Positions 1-13,224 of a DNA stretch of 64,000 nucleotides are shown here, piece after piece (positions within the stretch are counted from its first letter, which is position 1; each line of letters opens with the position of its first letter). Origin of the DNA: the human T2T-CHM13v2.0 reference genome, Homo sapiens; NCBI RefSeq assembly GCF_009914755.1, contig NC_060934.1; one strand, written 5' to 3'. A program made the position numbers and the translations under genes. A model generated the notes under the pieces. That model was not told the DNA's origin and made no database searches. It saw nothing but the letters and a program-made list of their open reading frames with translations.

Positions 1-1098
1 TTTTTAAATGGCTACTAGGAAAATAAAAGTTAACTTTTAAAAAAAGTTCTAACATATTAGTGGTGAACTTCATTTATCTAGAAGATTCCTGGAAATGAAC
101 TAGCTCATTCTCCAATAAATCATATGTGAGGCATTACCTACTATATATGCAGAGCAATATATTTTGTGACCTGCTGACTTTTTGAGTGAAGTAAAAATAT
201 TGCTTTTAATTCATCCTAATTGTAATGAGCTAAATCAATTTGCCTTTTGAGTCCTGCTGACAGCATAGAAATGTGGTGGTGACGGGGAAGAAACAGGAAC
301 CAGGGCAGCCAGGCCTGGTGGGTGTCTGGATTCTGCATATGGAACTTGCCTCCTTGAACTGTTTGTGTAGCTGGGCCACTGAAAATAGAGGATTTCCCTT
401 TCTGAGATCCCTGAGGCCAACAGGAAGATCATATTACTGAGCAGTGTGCCATAAGAACTTTACCCTGTGAGGTTCAAAGGCACCATAAAGTTCACACTGG
501 CTTCCACAGATATTTCTACTGATTTCTATTCCGTTTATGGTGAAACTAAAACTGTCACATCTTAAAGGTGACCCCCAGCAAGCAGGTGGTGTTTGAGACA
601 GTGGCACCTTGTTGCAGCTTCTGTTCCTCAGGGTGGAGCATGAATACAATGCAATATCCCCATGCATGTGGATCAAATAATGAAGCAGCTAAACATGTGA
701 AGGCACACTTAGGTCAGTACCTGCCAGACACAGACAGAGAGCAGGTTCAGGTCAATGGAGCACAGCTGAAGCTGGGTCCGGATGGGATGGGTCTAAGTAG
801 ACATAAAGTTTCAAAGGATGGAAAGCCTTTAAACACTTAAAATGGTGCCATGGATGAATACAAATTATTTCCCTAAAAGCTCTCTGGACTCCATCCCTAT
901 CGTCATAAATTTTTCGGATGAAGCACCTATAGGCAGGCTGCTGCAGAAACAAATGATAATTACGTGTTTCTAAAATCACATTTTGGCAGTAGGGTCATTT
1001 GAGAAGGGCTGCCATTCCTTTTGCAGCACAGGAAAAACAAAGCTACTGTGAAGACACTAGCTTCATAATCTATGCACTAAACTCACTAGGAAAGTGTA

Positions 1099-1130
1099 GC
1101 GTGTGTGTGTGTGTGCACACACGCGCGTGC
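1099..1130. repeat. Alternating purine-pyrimidine tract (GT)n/(CA)n/(CG)n
   Basis: gcgtgtgtgtgtgtgtgcacacacgcgcgtgc: 32 bp of uninterrupted RY alternation. Confidence 0.9.
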
Positions 1131-1547
1131 TTGTGTGTAGATTTCTATGTATATCACTTTTTGCAGATTCATATCTGGCAGCAATTGTGCAGATTTGGTT
1201 GTTAAGCATGAGTTGAAGCCAATTTGGTCAAGTAATTAGTGTTCTGCCCTTTCTAATTAGCTGATTTAAGGTTGCATAACAGATTAATTTTAAATTAATG
1301 TTAATGCTGCTATGCTCAAGGTTAAAAGAAGGGACTAGTAGGATAGCGCTACATAGTACCGTCTGTCTTCTGCGTTTCTCAACCAAGTAGGTTTCTCAGC
1401 TCTTGGTCCACTCTGGAGCCAGTTACCCATTGTGCTCAATTCACTTACAACTGTGCCCACATTTCAGAAAAGTGGCAATTTTCAAGAGCTTCTTTGACTG
1501 ACATGTAGCTCAAAACCACATGTGATGCACAAGTTGAGATTTTAAGA

Positions 1548-1555
1548 TGACGTCA
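1548..1555. promoter_or_regulatory. Full palindromic CRE motif (CREB/ATF)
   Basis: TGACGTCA with intact CpG in unique sequence; motif only, function not shown. Confidence 0.35.
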
Positions 1556-3734
1556 GAAATGAGAGTGGGCAAACCTTGTACTCATGGTCAGCTATTCATT
1601 CATAATCCAATAATGAGAAAGTATGCTTACACATTTTCACCTACACATAGAGAGATACAAACATCTCTATGTATATGTATTTCTATGCCTCTATACATCA
1701 TATGGAGGCTCCACCCACCACATGCTCCACAGAACATTCATATTTCTGAGTTTTCGTGAAGGATGCTTTATCTCCAGCAGCAAGGAAGATGGCCTATGTG
1801 GTTTGGGGAAAAAGCTGTTCCAGTCAATGGCACCTGCCTGCCAATGGCATTTACTGTAGGGTCATGAATTTGATTTCTGTATTGACTTGCATTCCTCTGC
1901 CATGTGACACATCTCAAGCTGTGTGTCCTATCCTGGGTGTTAATTAAAGAGAGCTTTTTTGGTTGTGCTGTTGTATTGCAAAGAGTCGCTGATTTTATAG
2001 ACCTTGGGGTGCTCTGGCAGGTTCCAGCTTATGTGGCATGCTGGTATTCCAGGGATTCTCAAAGTCTCCCTTGGGCATCATCACTCTCTCTGAAACTGCA
2101 CTCTGACCCTTGACACCATTGCCTGGCCCTCGCCCTGCCCTCATGTCCCTCCCACTTTCCCTCCTCCGTGTCCACACAGAGAGATTAACTTACATGTTAG
2201 CTTCTAATTTGTAATTTCACTTTATTTAATAAAAAGAATCAATATTATACAAAAATGGTGTTTATAAGTCTGAAGTATTTAAGGTTCATATACAACTGTG
2301 CACCTGATTCTAGCAAAGCCTGCAACAAGAAGACATGTTTGTTTTCTGCTTGGGTGGAGGATTACTTGTGACTTCAGAAGCTTTTTAATTTTCTTAAATT
2401 TCTTTCTCTTTACTTGTGTGTTAATTACCACAAGAGCAATGCCCATGTCTTGCTCAGTTGTAAATGGATCCCCATCTTAGCACCAGACCTGACCCAAGGC
2501 ACATCCTCAGCAACTGTGTTGTGAGTTAATGTGTGGAGGGATACACCACAAGCCAGCTCCCACCCCTCAGATGGGAGGAGAGAGAGGAGCCCAGGGAGAT
2601 TCACTGAGCATCCCTCGAAGCTTCCCACACCGTGAGAGAAGGTGTTGATGGGAGCTGTACAGTGCTGTTGATGGAGGGAGGCCAGGTTGAGAGTAAGGAA
2701 GCCTTTCCATGTGAGCTTGTCTTGTAAGTCGCCCAGAAAGACTAATCTCTGCCCACATCTAACCTCGGCCACAAAATCTTTTTAGGCAAGGCCTGAGTCT
2801 TCAGAGCTGCAGTGATGCGTTAGGATGCCTCTGCTTCCCTAAACAAATATTTACTTTTGTACCATTTTTTTGTATTCATAATTCTGCTCTTTTTTTTGTT
2901 TTTAAGGTTCTAGGAATTGTATAAAATTTAGGTTCCACAAAACCTGATGGAGTTCCAAATGAGAAAATTTAATATTTTCCTCCAGAACTTTTTGTCCTTG
3001 CTCTGTATACTGTATCTCTTCCAGCTTTCCCACTGCTTGCTTTTCTGACTTCCTTCCTCCTCCTCCCTCCTTTTTCCTGCCTTTCAGCATCTTAAGGAGC
3101 CCAGTAATCCAGGTTTTCAGTACAGCCTGGAGCAATCTAAGTTGAAAAATCTCTTTTGCAAACATCACAGTCATAATATGGTGAAAATTTATCTTCTTTC
3201 TTCCAGCTTTATGAAAACGCTTACCGTTGTAGGGCATCTCCCCTAAAAGTGAGACTTTGTAGGACTCGGGACCCCACCCCACTGCTTAGAAACCAAAGGG
3301 GCAGGTATTTCCTCCTTCTTCCCCCAAGTCAATGTAATAGGAGGATGTGATCTGTGTTAGGCCATTGGATGCTAGAAGTAAGAATTATTTTTTAATTTAA
3401 TTTTGAAGAAGTGTCATGTGCCCCAGAGACAGTAGACGGTTGCTTGGGAAGGTGATGCAGGTTACAGTCCAGCAGCACTGGTGGTGGGGGCAGAGGGGTG
3501 GGATCGGTTGCTGAGGCAGACAACCTCTGGCCTGGCAGGCAGGCCTCTGGTGGCCTCTGCCACGTTCCCCAAAGCCCAGCCTCCTCTGGGTCCTCATTCT
3601 TCCCCAGCCTCATTTCCAACACTTCTTATCATTTCTGTAAACTGTTAATATTCATTCAACAAATTCCTTTTCTGCTTAGGGCAATGGGATTTTGATTCTT
3701 TTGGTTGCGTCCAAGAACTACACTTTTTTGATAT

Positions 3735-3800
3735 CTTAGAGATCTTTTATTCTAATCTCTCTCATTTTGTAGAAGGAGAAATAGGCTGCTGCATGAGGTA
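3735..3800 (-). mobile_element. MIR fragment
   Basis: tctaatctctctcattttgtagaaggagaaataggc resembles the antisense MIR core. Confidence 0.45.
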
Positions 3801-4324
3801 GTGGAAACTGCCCCACTTTTCAGAACTTATCCTGGACCTGATGATCTCACGATTTCAAGTCAACATTTCTCTGTCATTTAGACAAATCTAGGAGGCAAAT
3901 AAATCTCTAAGAATGAATAATGTCTGGAATGAGTGAGCCATAGTTTTGTAAAACAGATCATGTTTACTGTGAATATTGTACGGAATCTTGACTTTCTTAT
4001 TCTAGAAAGACATTTTCAGTGATTTTTACAAACGTGCAACCACACTGAACAGAAGTGCTGATCACTGGCCATGCTGGGAGTAACAAAAGTTACCTGTTGT
4101 TTCCTAACATCTTTTTCAATATGTCTTGACTCTTTTCACCCCATCACTTGATTCTCTCCTACTTCCTAGGATCTGAGAAGCATTTAGAATCAGAAAAGGC
4201 AGAATTGGAATCTGAAAGGCAACAGAATCAGAAAATTTGAAAACTGATTAGATTTGGGGATGGAAACGAAGGCCTAAAAGATGACACTAATTTCTCAATA
4301 TTGATAAGTAGATGAATTACTAAT

Positions 4325-4621
4325 CACACACACCCCATACACACATACTCACACACATATACACACTCATACATACATACGCCACACCCACACACATGCA
4401 TGTACACATAAACATGCTCGTGCACACACATACATATATGTACGCACTCATCATGCTCATATACACACATACATGCACCACATAAACACACATACATACA
4501 TGCACCACACCCACATGCATGTACACACATAAACATGCACACACATGCACATACTCATGCTCATGTACACACATGCACACACACGGGTGCACACTCATAC
4601 AAACACATATACACACACACA
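4325..4621. repeat. Degenerate (CA)n/(CATA)n low-complexity repeat
   Basis: About 300 bp of cacacatacatgcac-type units; source of ORFs 4320..4628 and 4324..4542. Confidence 0.95.
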
Positions 4622-4779
4622 CCTCCAAAACAACAAAGCAAAAAAAGCATACAAGATTCTTTAAGGAGAGTGTGCATTAAGGAGAACAATCATCCCTGCA
4701 CTTAGGGAAGGAGAAGGAAAGATGTCACTGGGTAGCAGGGACAGCTGATAAGTGGTCAGGATGGGCACATAAGGATCAG

Positions 4780-5080
4780 AAGAAGAAAACCCCCAAGAAT
4801 CAGAAGAGTAGCAGGCCATGAATGCTAAGAGAAGTGCATGTTCTGAGAACTGCAGGCCAGCAGGGTCAGCCTGGTGCAGGCCAAGGAGCAGAAGGACTCA
4901 ACATAGGAGACTAGATGGAGGGACCAAGGTAGCATGAGGACCTTTGCAGGAAATGTCTCTCTGGTGTAGATAAAGTAGAACATCAGCGTTAGTCAAGAAA
5001 TAGCCAGGGGTGGGAATGGGGAGGACCAGAATGTAAATAACCACTCCTTCCAAGAAATCTGCCATTACAAGAGTAGTGGG
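4780..5080 (-). mobile_element. L2 fragment
   Basis: gacctttgcaggaaatgtctctctggtg...aaccactccttccaagaaatctg resembles the antisense L2 body. Confidence 0.5.
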
Positions 5081-5292
5081 AGATGGTGTATTCAATCAGA
5101 CACACATGGCTATAGATTAAATGTCATCTGCCTCTGCAAAAAGTGGAGAGTTGGGCCATTTTGTTAGAATAGGCCTAAATATTCTTATGGGACAAAAAGA
5201 AAAATAGAAAATAGAATGAGCCTGCTAGTTTACCTCACTCTGTGCACAGTAATTCCGGTGCTGCTTCAGATTGCATTTTAATAATGAGTTAC

Positions 5293-6030
5293 CGCAATGC
5301 GATTCCACCCCGTACCCACTAGGGTGGCTATAGTAACTATTTTTTTTTTAATGAACATAACAAGTATTGCTGGAAATGAGGAAAAACTGGAACCCTCACA
5401 CATTGCTGGTGGGAAAGGACTATGGTGAAACCACTGTATCCACTGTGAAAAAACGGTTGTTGGTTTCTCAGAAAGCTAAAGGTAGAATTACCCTATGACG
5501 AAGCAATTCCACCCCAAGGTATATACCCCCCAAAACTGAAAACAGGTGTTCAAACAAAAGCTTGTGTATGAATAATCATAGCGACATTATTCATAATAGC
5601 CAAAAGGTAGAAATAAACCAAATACCCATCCACGATTGAATGGATAAACCCAACATGGTCCACCCATACAATGGAATATGATTTAGGCATAAAAAGGAGA
5701 AAAACACTAACATGCGCTCCCACATGGATGAACTTGGAAAACGTCATGCTAAGTAAACAAAGCCACACACCATCTGACTCCATTTAGATAAAATCGCGGG
5801 AATAGGCAAATCCACACAGACAGAAAGCAAATTGAGAGTTGCTAGAGTCTGCAGAGAGGAGAGAATGGGGAGTGACAGCTTAATGTGTGTGGGGTTTCCT
5901 TCCGGAGGGATGAAAACATTCAGGAACCAGAGAGTGATGACATTGGTGCGGCACTGTGCTTGTACTACATGGCTCTGAGTTGTTCAAATTAAATGGTTAA
6001 GATGGTAAATTTTTGTATGAATTTTAATAA
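5293..6030 (+). mobile_element. L1MB-type 3' end (ORF2 C-terminus + 3'UTR)
   Basis: actggaaccctcacacattgctggtggg, aaagctaaaggtagaattaccctatgacgaagcaattccac, ending aaatggttaagatggtaaattttt. Confidence 0.9.
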
Positions 6031-7850
6031 AGTATTAGTTGGTTGCTTTTTAAAATTGCTTGACCATTTATGTCTTTATAAAGTAAGGAATATGTTTCTT
6101 TTAATAGGGCTCAAAAACTAAAGATTCTGAAACAGTCTCTAGATAACCTTGTAACTGCTGCTTAGACTACGAGGTAGTAATCTGACAAATTTCTAAATTA
6201 CATATGACTTTTAAATTGTTTTTAAAAAATTATTGTATAGTTGGTAAGCTCCTATTTGGAAACAAGGGAATAATGAATTCTTAAAAGAGCAAGATTCTAG
6301 AGATTTTCTGTGAGAATCAGAGGATAAAACACTTTTATTAGAGTCAATGAAGCCATGTGCCCCTAAATATTTTATTTTCAAATTTAAAGTGTATGATTGA
6401 TTGTCCAAGCTGATAATCAGCACCAACCCTCTCTTGTTTTCCTCGTGTATAATTTATATCCTATTATTTTGAAGAAAGACCCAAGGCAACTGTGCTATCC
6501 ACATGTGTACATTGAGCCGCAGTCTTCCAGCTGTGCAGTTTCCGGAGCATTAAAAGAGTTATTCTCTCTTAAAACACAGGCTCACATGCCTGAAGTCCCA
6601 CTCTTAGAAAATGATTTGATTTCTCCTTTCATCCAGGATCCTCTGATAAAGTGCCACTAATGACTCCTGGAGACAGCAGAGCAATGGGGCCCAGGCCAAC
6701 TGCGTCTTCAGAGTCTGCACTTGTGACAGAAGGGGGCATCTATGTGGAAACCTCAGCATCTTCTCAGTGCATCTATTCCACAGCTGATCTGGGCCAGCTT
6801 GAGATTCCCTCTCTCACAGCACCCTCCACCCACCTCACGGAGGAGGCAAAACTATCTCTCAACTTTCAGTGTGAGAGTCTGAAAATGGGGAAGCTTTAAG
6901 AAAGACAGGTTTTTTTTTTGTCTGTTTGTTTGTCTGTTTTGTTTTTTCCTTAAAGCCCAAGGCTACCATGTTTATTTCTGGCTTTGGGTTTCTTTCTTGA
7001 AAAAAACCCTTTGATAGAAAGCACACCTTGAGTGACCTGCGCACCTCTCCTTTGACACAGATCCATTTTGTTTGGGGAAGTTGCATGGGAGGCAGAGTTG
7101 AAGCTGCTGCAGAGGTTTGTATTTCAACAGATCATTCCAGCTATCCACGCTCAGCGCCAGGGAATATGGAGACTATAACATAGTATGTGGCTGACGCAAG
7201 TTGCCTACATAACTCAGACGAGAGCTCCACACCCTGGGGCTGTGCCTCGCCACTTCTGTGGAAAACATTCTTCAGAGCTCTTTGGAACAGGATGACTCAC
7301 ATCAGGGGGTATTTTTAGGAATCTGTGAACTTGCATTTAGCTTAGAGATGCAAGATCCATCCAGAGGAGCTCTGAGCCATTACACACGGGCTGTTTTGAA
7401 TGTTGTAATTCAACCACGGTTTCTTGGTCTACGATTGAATCATCCTCCAGTTAAGCATCAGAAGAAAACAGAAAAAGACTGTTGCTACAGCAGGGCATTT
7501 GATAACATGCTAAGGAAATCAGTGCCGGCAGCGGCCCCATGTATATTTTTACAGAAGAGCACCTGCTTGTTCCCAGCTCATCTTGCAATACTTGCTTAAA
7601 TTTTGCAAATTCACTCCTAGAAATTTGTTGGATTGCATTAAAATATCAACACTGAAATTAGAGGCAGGTGTAGTCAAATGCATTAAAATGCCACTCTAAG
7701 CAAGGTCAGCTATACATAGTGCTCATTTATTTGCAGCTTACCTTTCAAACCACTGGAGAGAGGGGCAAATTGGAACAGCAGGTGCGGCCTGTGGAAGCTT
7801 TAAGCAGCATGAGACAGTTTCCCCCTGGAAGGTTGGGACCTCCCAGATAC

Positions 7851-7971
7851 GTGTGTGTATATTTGTGTGTGTTATGTATGCATGTGTGTTGTATGTGTTT
7901 AAGTGTGTGTGGTTTTTTAATTTTTGTTTGTATGTATGTGCATTTGTTGTGTGTGTGTGTTTGTATGTGTG
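7851..7971. repeat. Degenerate (TG)n/(TATG)n repeat
   Basis: Direct reading of gtgtgtgtat...gtatgtgtgt. Confidence 0.9.
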
Positions 7972-8222
7972 TAGTTTAGTTACTAAATAATCAGTTCCAG
8001 GTAAGAACAAATCAGTCCATCCATCAACCAATGAACAGATGAGTTGTAGGCAGACCTTTCAATGCTGAGAAATAGAATCTTTGTTTCAGTGTCAGGATAA
8101 GGAAATTCTGCTGTCAAATGTCCAGAGAATAAGGGTTAGCATTATTTGGGCTTGGAGGCAAGAATTTCTCATCTTCCAGTAATGATCAAAACCTGAACAA
8201 ATCTAATAATATGTAAATGTCC

Positions 8223-8304
8223 AAAAAAAGAAAGAAAGGAAGAAGGAAGGGAGGAAGGAAGAAAGAAAGGAAGGAAGGAAGGAAGGCAGTGAGGGAGGGA
8301 GGGG
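8223..8304. repeat. (GAAA)n/(GGAA)n purine-rich microsatellite
   Basis: aaagaaagaaaggaagaaggaagggaggaagg... Confidence 0.9.
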
Positions 8305-9251
8305 CAAAAATGGTGAAGTTTATGAATTAAAGGAAAAAGGAAAGATTTTAGTCAACTTAAATATCGTATTTCTTTCACAGCTGAAGTTTTCTTCGTACAT
8401 GTTTACGTTTTTTTTTTTCTTCCCTGCCTGATATTTTGATTATTTTTGCTGCTGGTTTGCCAGTATGTAAAATTTTCTCACTGACTGTCCCTTGCCAGAA
8501 CATGGAAGTCTGTGTTGATTGTTACACTACCTGGGTTGACCAGGGTTTAACGTAAATTCATGAACTTAACAGTGGATTCTTCTCCAAGTGGAGCTGTGAT
8601 GACTAAGAGCACTCCCAGTTGACTTCCATTTCACAAACTTTCCCCCTTTCACTTCAGTATTATTAAAACAGATGGTGCCTTTCCAGTCCAGCAGGGAACT
8701 ACAAAAACCAATTTTAGAGAGTAAATTGGAAAGTTGATGTTTCCTTTTAAACAAACAAAGGAGAGCTGAACTACCTCAGCCAAGAAAGAAAACCAGATCT
8801 CAAATGTTAACCTAAATTCAAACTACTATAAAGCAGTCTTTTGCTGAAAAACAAAGCACAGAACATTACATGGGACCCTTCAGTGAAAACTTTGATCATA
8901 GTTTTCATGTTTCTGTCAGGGTGAAAAGAAGAAATAGCAGTCTCTTTTGACAGTATTTTTGGTCTGGCCAAAAATAAGGACGTATCAGATAATCCATGCA
9001 AAATGTTGTTTTGATGTAATTTCCAGTCATCTTTCCAGACTCAAAAATATTTGGCTAAGAAGCAGCTGGAGGCTAGAGCCAGAGTTGAGTCTCACATGGT
9101 CATTTGTTAAGAACTGTTCATTAGTAAAGTGAATTCTCCAAACATAATTTTGATGTTCAAGTTACAGTCAGATGCTCACATGTAAATGCAAACAGTATAA
9201 GAATAAAATAAACTTTAAGAATATTTACTCTTAATTTTCATAGGTGTTATT

Positions 9252-9548
<297 letters not shown>

Positions 9549-9636
9549 TAGGTGTTATTTTCAAACTGCCAATATGCTTAATTTAGTCACTATCTCTTTG
9601 ACTCAAAATTCCCATTAAATATATATTTCTGCAGAC

Positions 9637-9815
9637 TGTGTGTGTGTGTGTGTGTAAATATATATATACACCCTTCTGTGTGTGTGTCTGTGTGTGTATA
9701 TATATGTGTGTATTATACATATGTATATATAATACACACATATATGTATATACACACACATATATATGTATATATGTATATATACACACATATATGTATA
9801 TACACACACACATAC
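9637..9815. repeat. Compound (TG)n/(TA)n/(CA)n microsatellite
   Basis: Direct reading; source of ORFs at 9583-9932. Confidence 0.95.
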
Positions 9816-11036
9816 AAAAGGTATTTTGCCGTACTCTCAGAATGGTCAGTGTGTGATATTTACATTTTTCTCCCAGTTACTGCTCTTCAGCTCATGATTA
9901 CAGAAAACATATATATTTACATATGTGAGTAAATGTATATATGTAATACATATACTTTATGTATACATATTACATATATAATATGTATATTTATCTTATA
10001 CATAAAATATAGCATTCAATGTGATAATTTGGTTTTGTATATAAATGAAAGCATGCGAAGGAAAATCTTTCAATACACTTGTGTAAGTCGATGATACCTT
10101 AAGTCAAGAATAACATGAAACTTACTGTTTCAAGTGTTTTTGAACTCAATGACTCTCAACCCCTGGACAGCTCTGCCTTCCCCGCCCCACACACACCTAT
10201 CACAGAGCAATCAAGGACAAGAACACACTTGTGTGGCTGGAACTTTGTATAAAGTAAAAATGGTGAAGTCTATGTATTAAAGAAACTCCAAATTAAGTGA
10301 CAGGAAGACTGACGTCCAGTGTGCCCCCCGGGGCCTGTCTGGGGCCTGTCATTGTGCGTGGTGCAGAACCTGCTCAAAAAGCACCAGTGTATAAATGAAT
10401 GAATGAGAAACTCTTGAGCTTTGAAAATGTCTTCCCTCCTCTTCCCCAGGTATTGTTCTAGAGAAGGGAGGATGTGAAAAGTAACTGAAATCTGCTGTAC
10501 GAGTTTTAAAATCACCTGTAATTCTGCTACTCCTATATCACAACTTTTAATATTGTGGAAGATATTCTTCTTGTCAAATTTACTTTTCATTTACCAAAGT
10601 GGGAATATATTATACAGTTTCATAAAGTCACATTTTATCTTTCATAATGAGATCAAGCTACATTTCACAAAAAGGAAGAGAGTCTTGGTAGTATTTGCAT
10701 TTTGTTGTAAACATAGACACCTCCTGGTCCATATATTTGCCTCCAGGGACAGTCACCTTTACTTTTTATCAAGTAGACTACAGGTCCTCCAGCAGCCAGA
10801 CAAACGTTCTATGTTTCCAAGAAAGTGGCTTGTCTTCAGTTAAATGTCCCAACGTAATTCCATGAAAGCAACAATGCTTTATTGGCTCTGAGTTCATTAG
10901 ATGGGAAGAATTATCAATCTTCCTCCTCTAACATGTAACAAGGAAGCAAATAAATAGGAAAATACATTTCCAGAAGAGCACGAGTCTTTTGAACCTAAAC
11001 TTTGTGTTTAGTAGTTTCTTTGACACATTATTGGGT

Positions 11037-11150
11037 CTCAGGGTGATGGGTGCAACAAAATCTCAGAAATCACCACCGAAGAACTTATCCGTGTACCCAG
11101 AAACCACCTGTTTCCTAAAAACTGTTGAAATAAAATAAAATATTAAAAAT
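11037..11150 (+). mobile_element. L1PB-type extreme 3' terminal fragment
   Basis: ggtgatgggtgcaacaaaatctcagaaatcaccaccgaagaacttatccgtgtacccagaaaccacctg followed by an A-rich tail. Confidence 0.85.
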
Positions 11151-11606
11151 AAATATTTTTGAATCAATAAATAGTACCAAATTCCAGTGAATCTAATAGG
11201 ATGTTAGCTATAAAGTTTAACTAAGCTAACTGAATGATTCAATCTGGTAAATAGAGGTTCATATTCTTTGTTGCCATACTAAAACTGTCTGCCAAAAAAA
11301 GACATTGTTATTTTAACATAATCAGTATTGAACACTTCCTGCAGACAATAAGTGGTCATTAACTTCATTTACTTCTTGTAGGCATGCTTTATACAGAATC
11401 AAAAGGCCATATTAACTGCATAAAAAAGTCCTTATCTTCTCATTTCTTATGTTTATAAATGGCATTGCTATGAGTTTTGCAAAGTGTTGAAAATGTGAGG
11501 AAGCTGAGATTACGATTGTCTGTACTCCACAGTAATCTCCTTCCAAAGAATCAAAGGTGTTTAAATAACAATTATTCACCAGCTCACTTATTTTCTGCAA
11601 TACATT

Positions 11607-12305
11607 CTTTTTGGTAACAGCTTTATTGAGATATAATTAAAATGTCAAATTCACCCTTTTAAAAAATATACAATTCAGTGGTTTTATTATATTCACAAGG
11701 TTGTGCAATCATCACCACAATCAATTTAATAATATTATTATCACTTAAAAAAAAACCCAGTACCTTTTAGCAGTTACGCTCCCATTTTTCTCTAATCCCA
11801 GCAGCCCTAGGCAACCGCTAATCTACTTGCTGACTCCAATAGTTTTGCCTGCTCTGGACATTTCATATAAATGGAATCATATAACGTGGTCTTTTGTGTT
11901 TGACTTCCTTTACTTAGTATAATATTTTAGAGAGTCGTCCATGTTGTAGCATGTATTCGTTTTTTGTTCCTTTATATGGTTGAATAATATTTCATTATAT
12001 CAACGTATCACATTTTATGTATCCATTCATTAGTGGATACACATTTGGCTTGTTCATATCTTTTGGCTATTATTAACAATGCTGCTAAGAACATTTTTGC
12101 ATGAGTTTTTGTGTAGACAAGTGTTTTCATTTATCTTGGCTACATACCTGGGAGTGAAATTGCTGGGTCATATGGTACCGCTTTATTTAATTTTTTGAGA
12201 AACTGCTGGACTGTTTTCCGAAGTTACTGCACCATTTCACATTCCCAACAGCAGTATATGAGGATACCAATTGCTCCACATCTTCACCAACACTTGTTAT
12301 TATCT
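11607..12305 (-). mobile_element. L1MB-type 3' end
   Basis: aacagctttattgagatataat...ggacatttcatataaatggaatcat...attgctgggtcatatggt...ccaacacttgttatt. Confidence 0.92.
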
Positions 12306-12322
12306 AATTACTTCTGTTTTCT

Positions 12323-12390
12323 TGCACAAGAATGTGAATGTACTTAACACTGTGCACTTAAAAATGTTCGAATTTATGTTATGTATATGG
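12323..12390 (+). mobile_element. Short L1M 3' terminal fragment
   Basis: tgcacaagaatgtgaatgtacttaacactgtgcacttaaaaatg...tttatgttatgtatat. Confidence 0.6.
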
Positions 12391-12399
12391 AATTTTCTT

Positions 12400-12820
12400 G
12401 TTTTTTAATTTTTTTAAATTTCAATAGGTTTTTAGGGAGCAGGGGGTGTTTGGTTACATGAATACGTTCTTTAGTGGTGATTTCTGAGATTTTAGCACTC
12501 CCGTCACCTGAGCAGTGTACTGTGTACCCAATGTGTAGTCTTTTATTCCTCACCCCCCTCCCACCCTTTCCCGTCAGTCCCCAAAGTCCAATATATCATT
12601 CTTATGCCTTTGTTTCCTCATAGCTTAATGCCCACTTAAGAGTGAGAATATACGATGTTTGGTTTCCTATTCCTGAGTTACTTCACTTAGAATAATGGTC
12701 TCCAATCCTACCCAGGTTGCTGTGAATGCTATTACTTTGTTTCTTTTTACGGCTGAGTAGTATTCCATGGTATAAATATATACCACCTTTTCTTTTTTCC
12801 CTTGTTGATTGATGGGCATT
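12400..12820 (-). mobile_element. L1PB-type 3' end
   Basis: tttggttacatgaatacgttctttagtggtgatttctgagatt...cctgagttacttcacttagaataatggtctcc. Confidence 0.92.
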
Positions 12821-12979
12821 ATCCTGTAATATATTTTAACAGACATAATCCCTAAGTTTTTATCACTTTTCCCAAACTTCTAGTGATTTATGATTACTCA
12901 CTTTAATAATTCCCAAAGAGAGAGCTTGTGATTAAAAAATCAAATACTGGATTACAAATTGTGGTTGAAAGAATATTTA

Positions 12980-13130
12980 GGTACAAATTTAGGACTTGAA
13001 AATTGTTTTAGTTTTGTCATTAGCTAAGTTGCATGGTCTTCGAAGACGAATTTCGCTTTTCTAGACTTTGTTTTTATCTGCAAAGGAAGGTTTGAAACAG
13101 GTGAACTTCAATTATTCATTTAGTTGTAAA
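12980..13130 (+). mobile_element. MIR (MIR3-like) fragment
   Basis: cttttctagactttgtttttatctgcaaagga resembles the MIR core. Confidence 0.45.
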
Positions 13131-13224
13131 TATTCATGATATGTGATTGCTCAAGACTGCAATCAACTGTGAGAGGTGGTAACTCCCAGGGCTTTAGCTA
13201 GGGTATATCACAGATACTTCCCTG

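Noticed and set aside
3541-3558. CTCF-like ggcctctggtggcc (also 6726-6740 and 54444-54459)
   Set aside because: Each misses a core position of CCASYAGRKGGCR; not supportable from sequence alone
4320-4628. Cys/Val/Met-rich ORFs (also 7719-8031 and 9583-9932)
   Set aside because: Translations of CA/TG/TA microsatellites
7150-7170. REST/RE1-like ctcagcgccaggga (also ggacagcg at about 53578)
   Set aside because: Only half-sites; no complete RE1
12553-12572. Minus-strand G4 motif
   Set aside because: This is the ordinary G-rich tract of the L1 3'UTR
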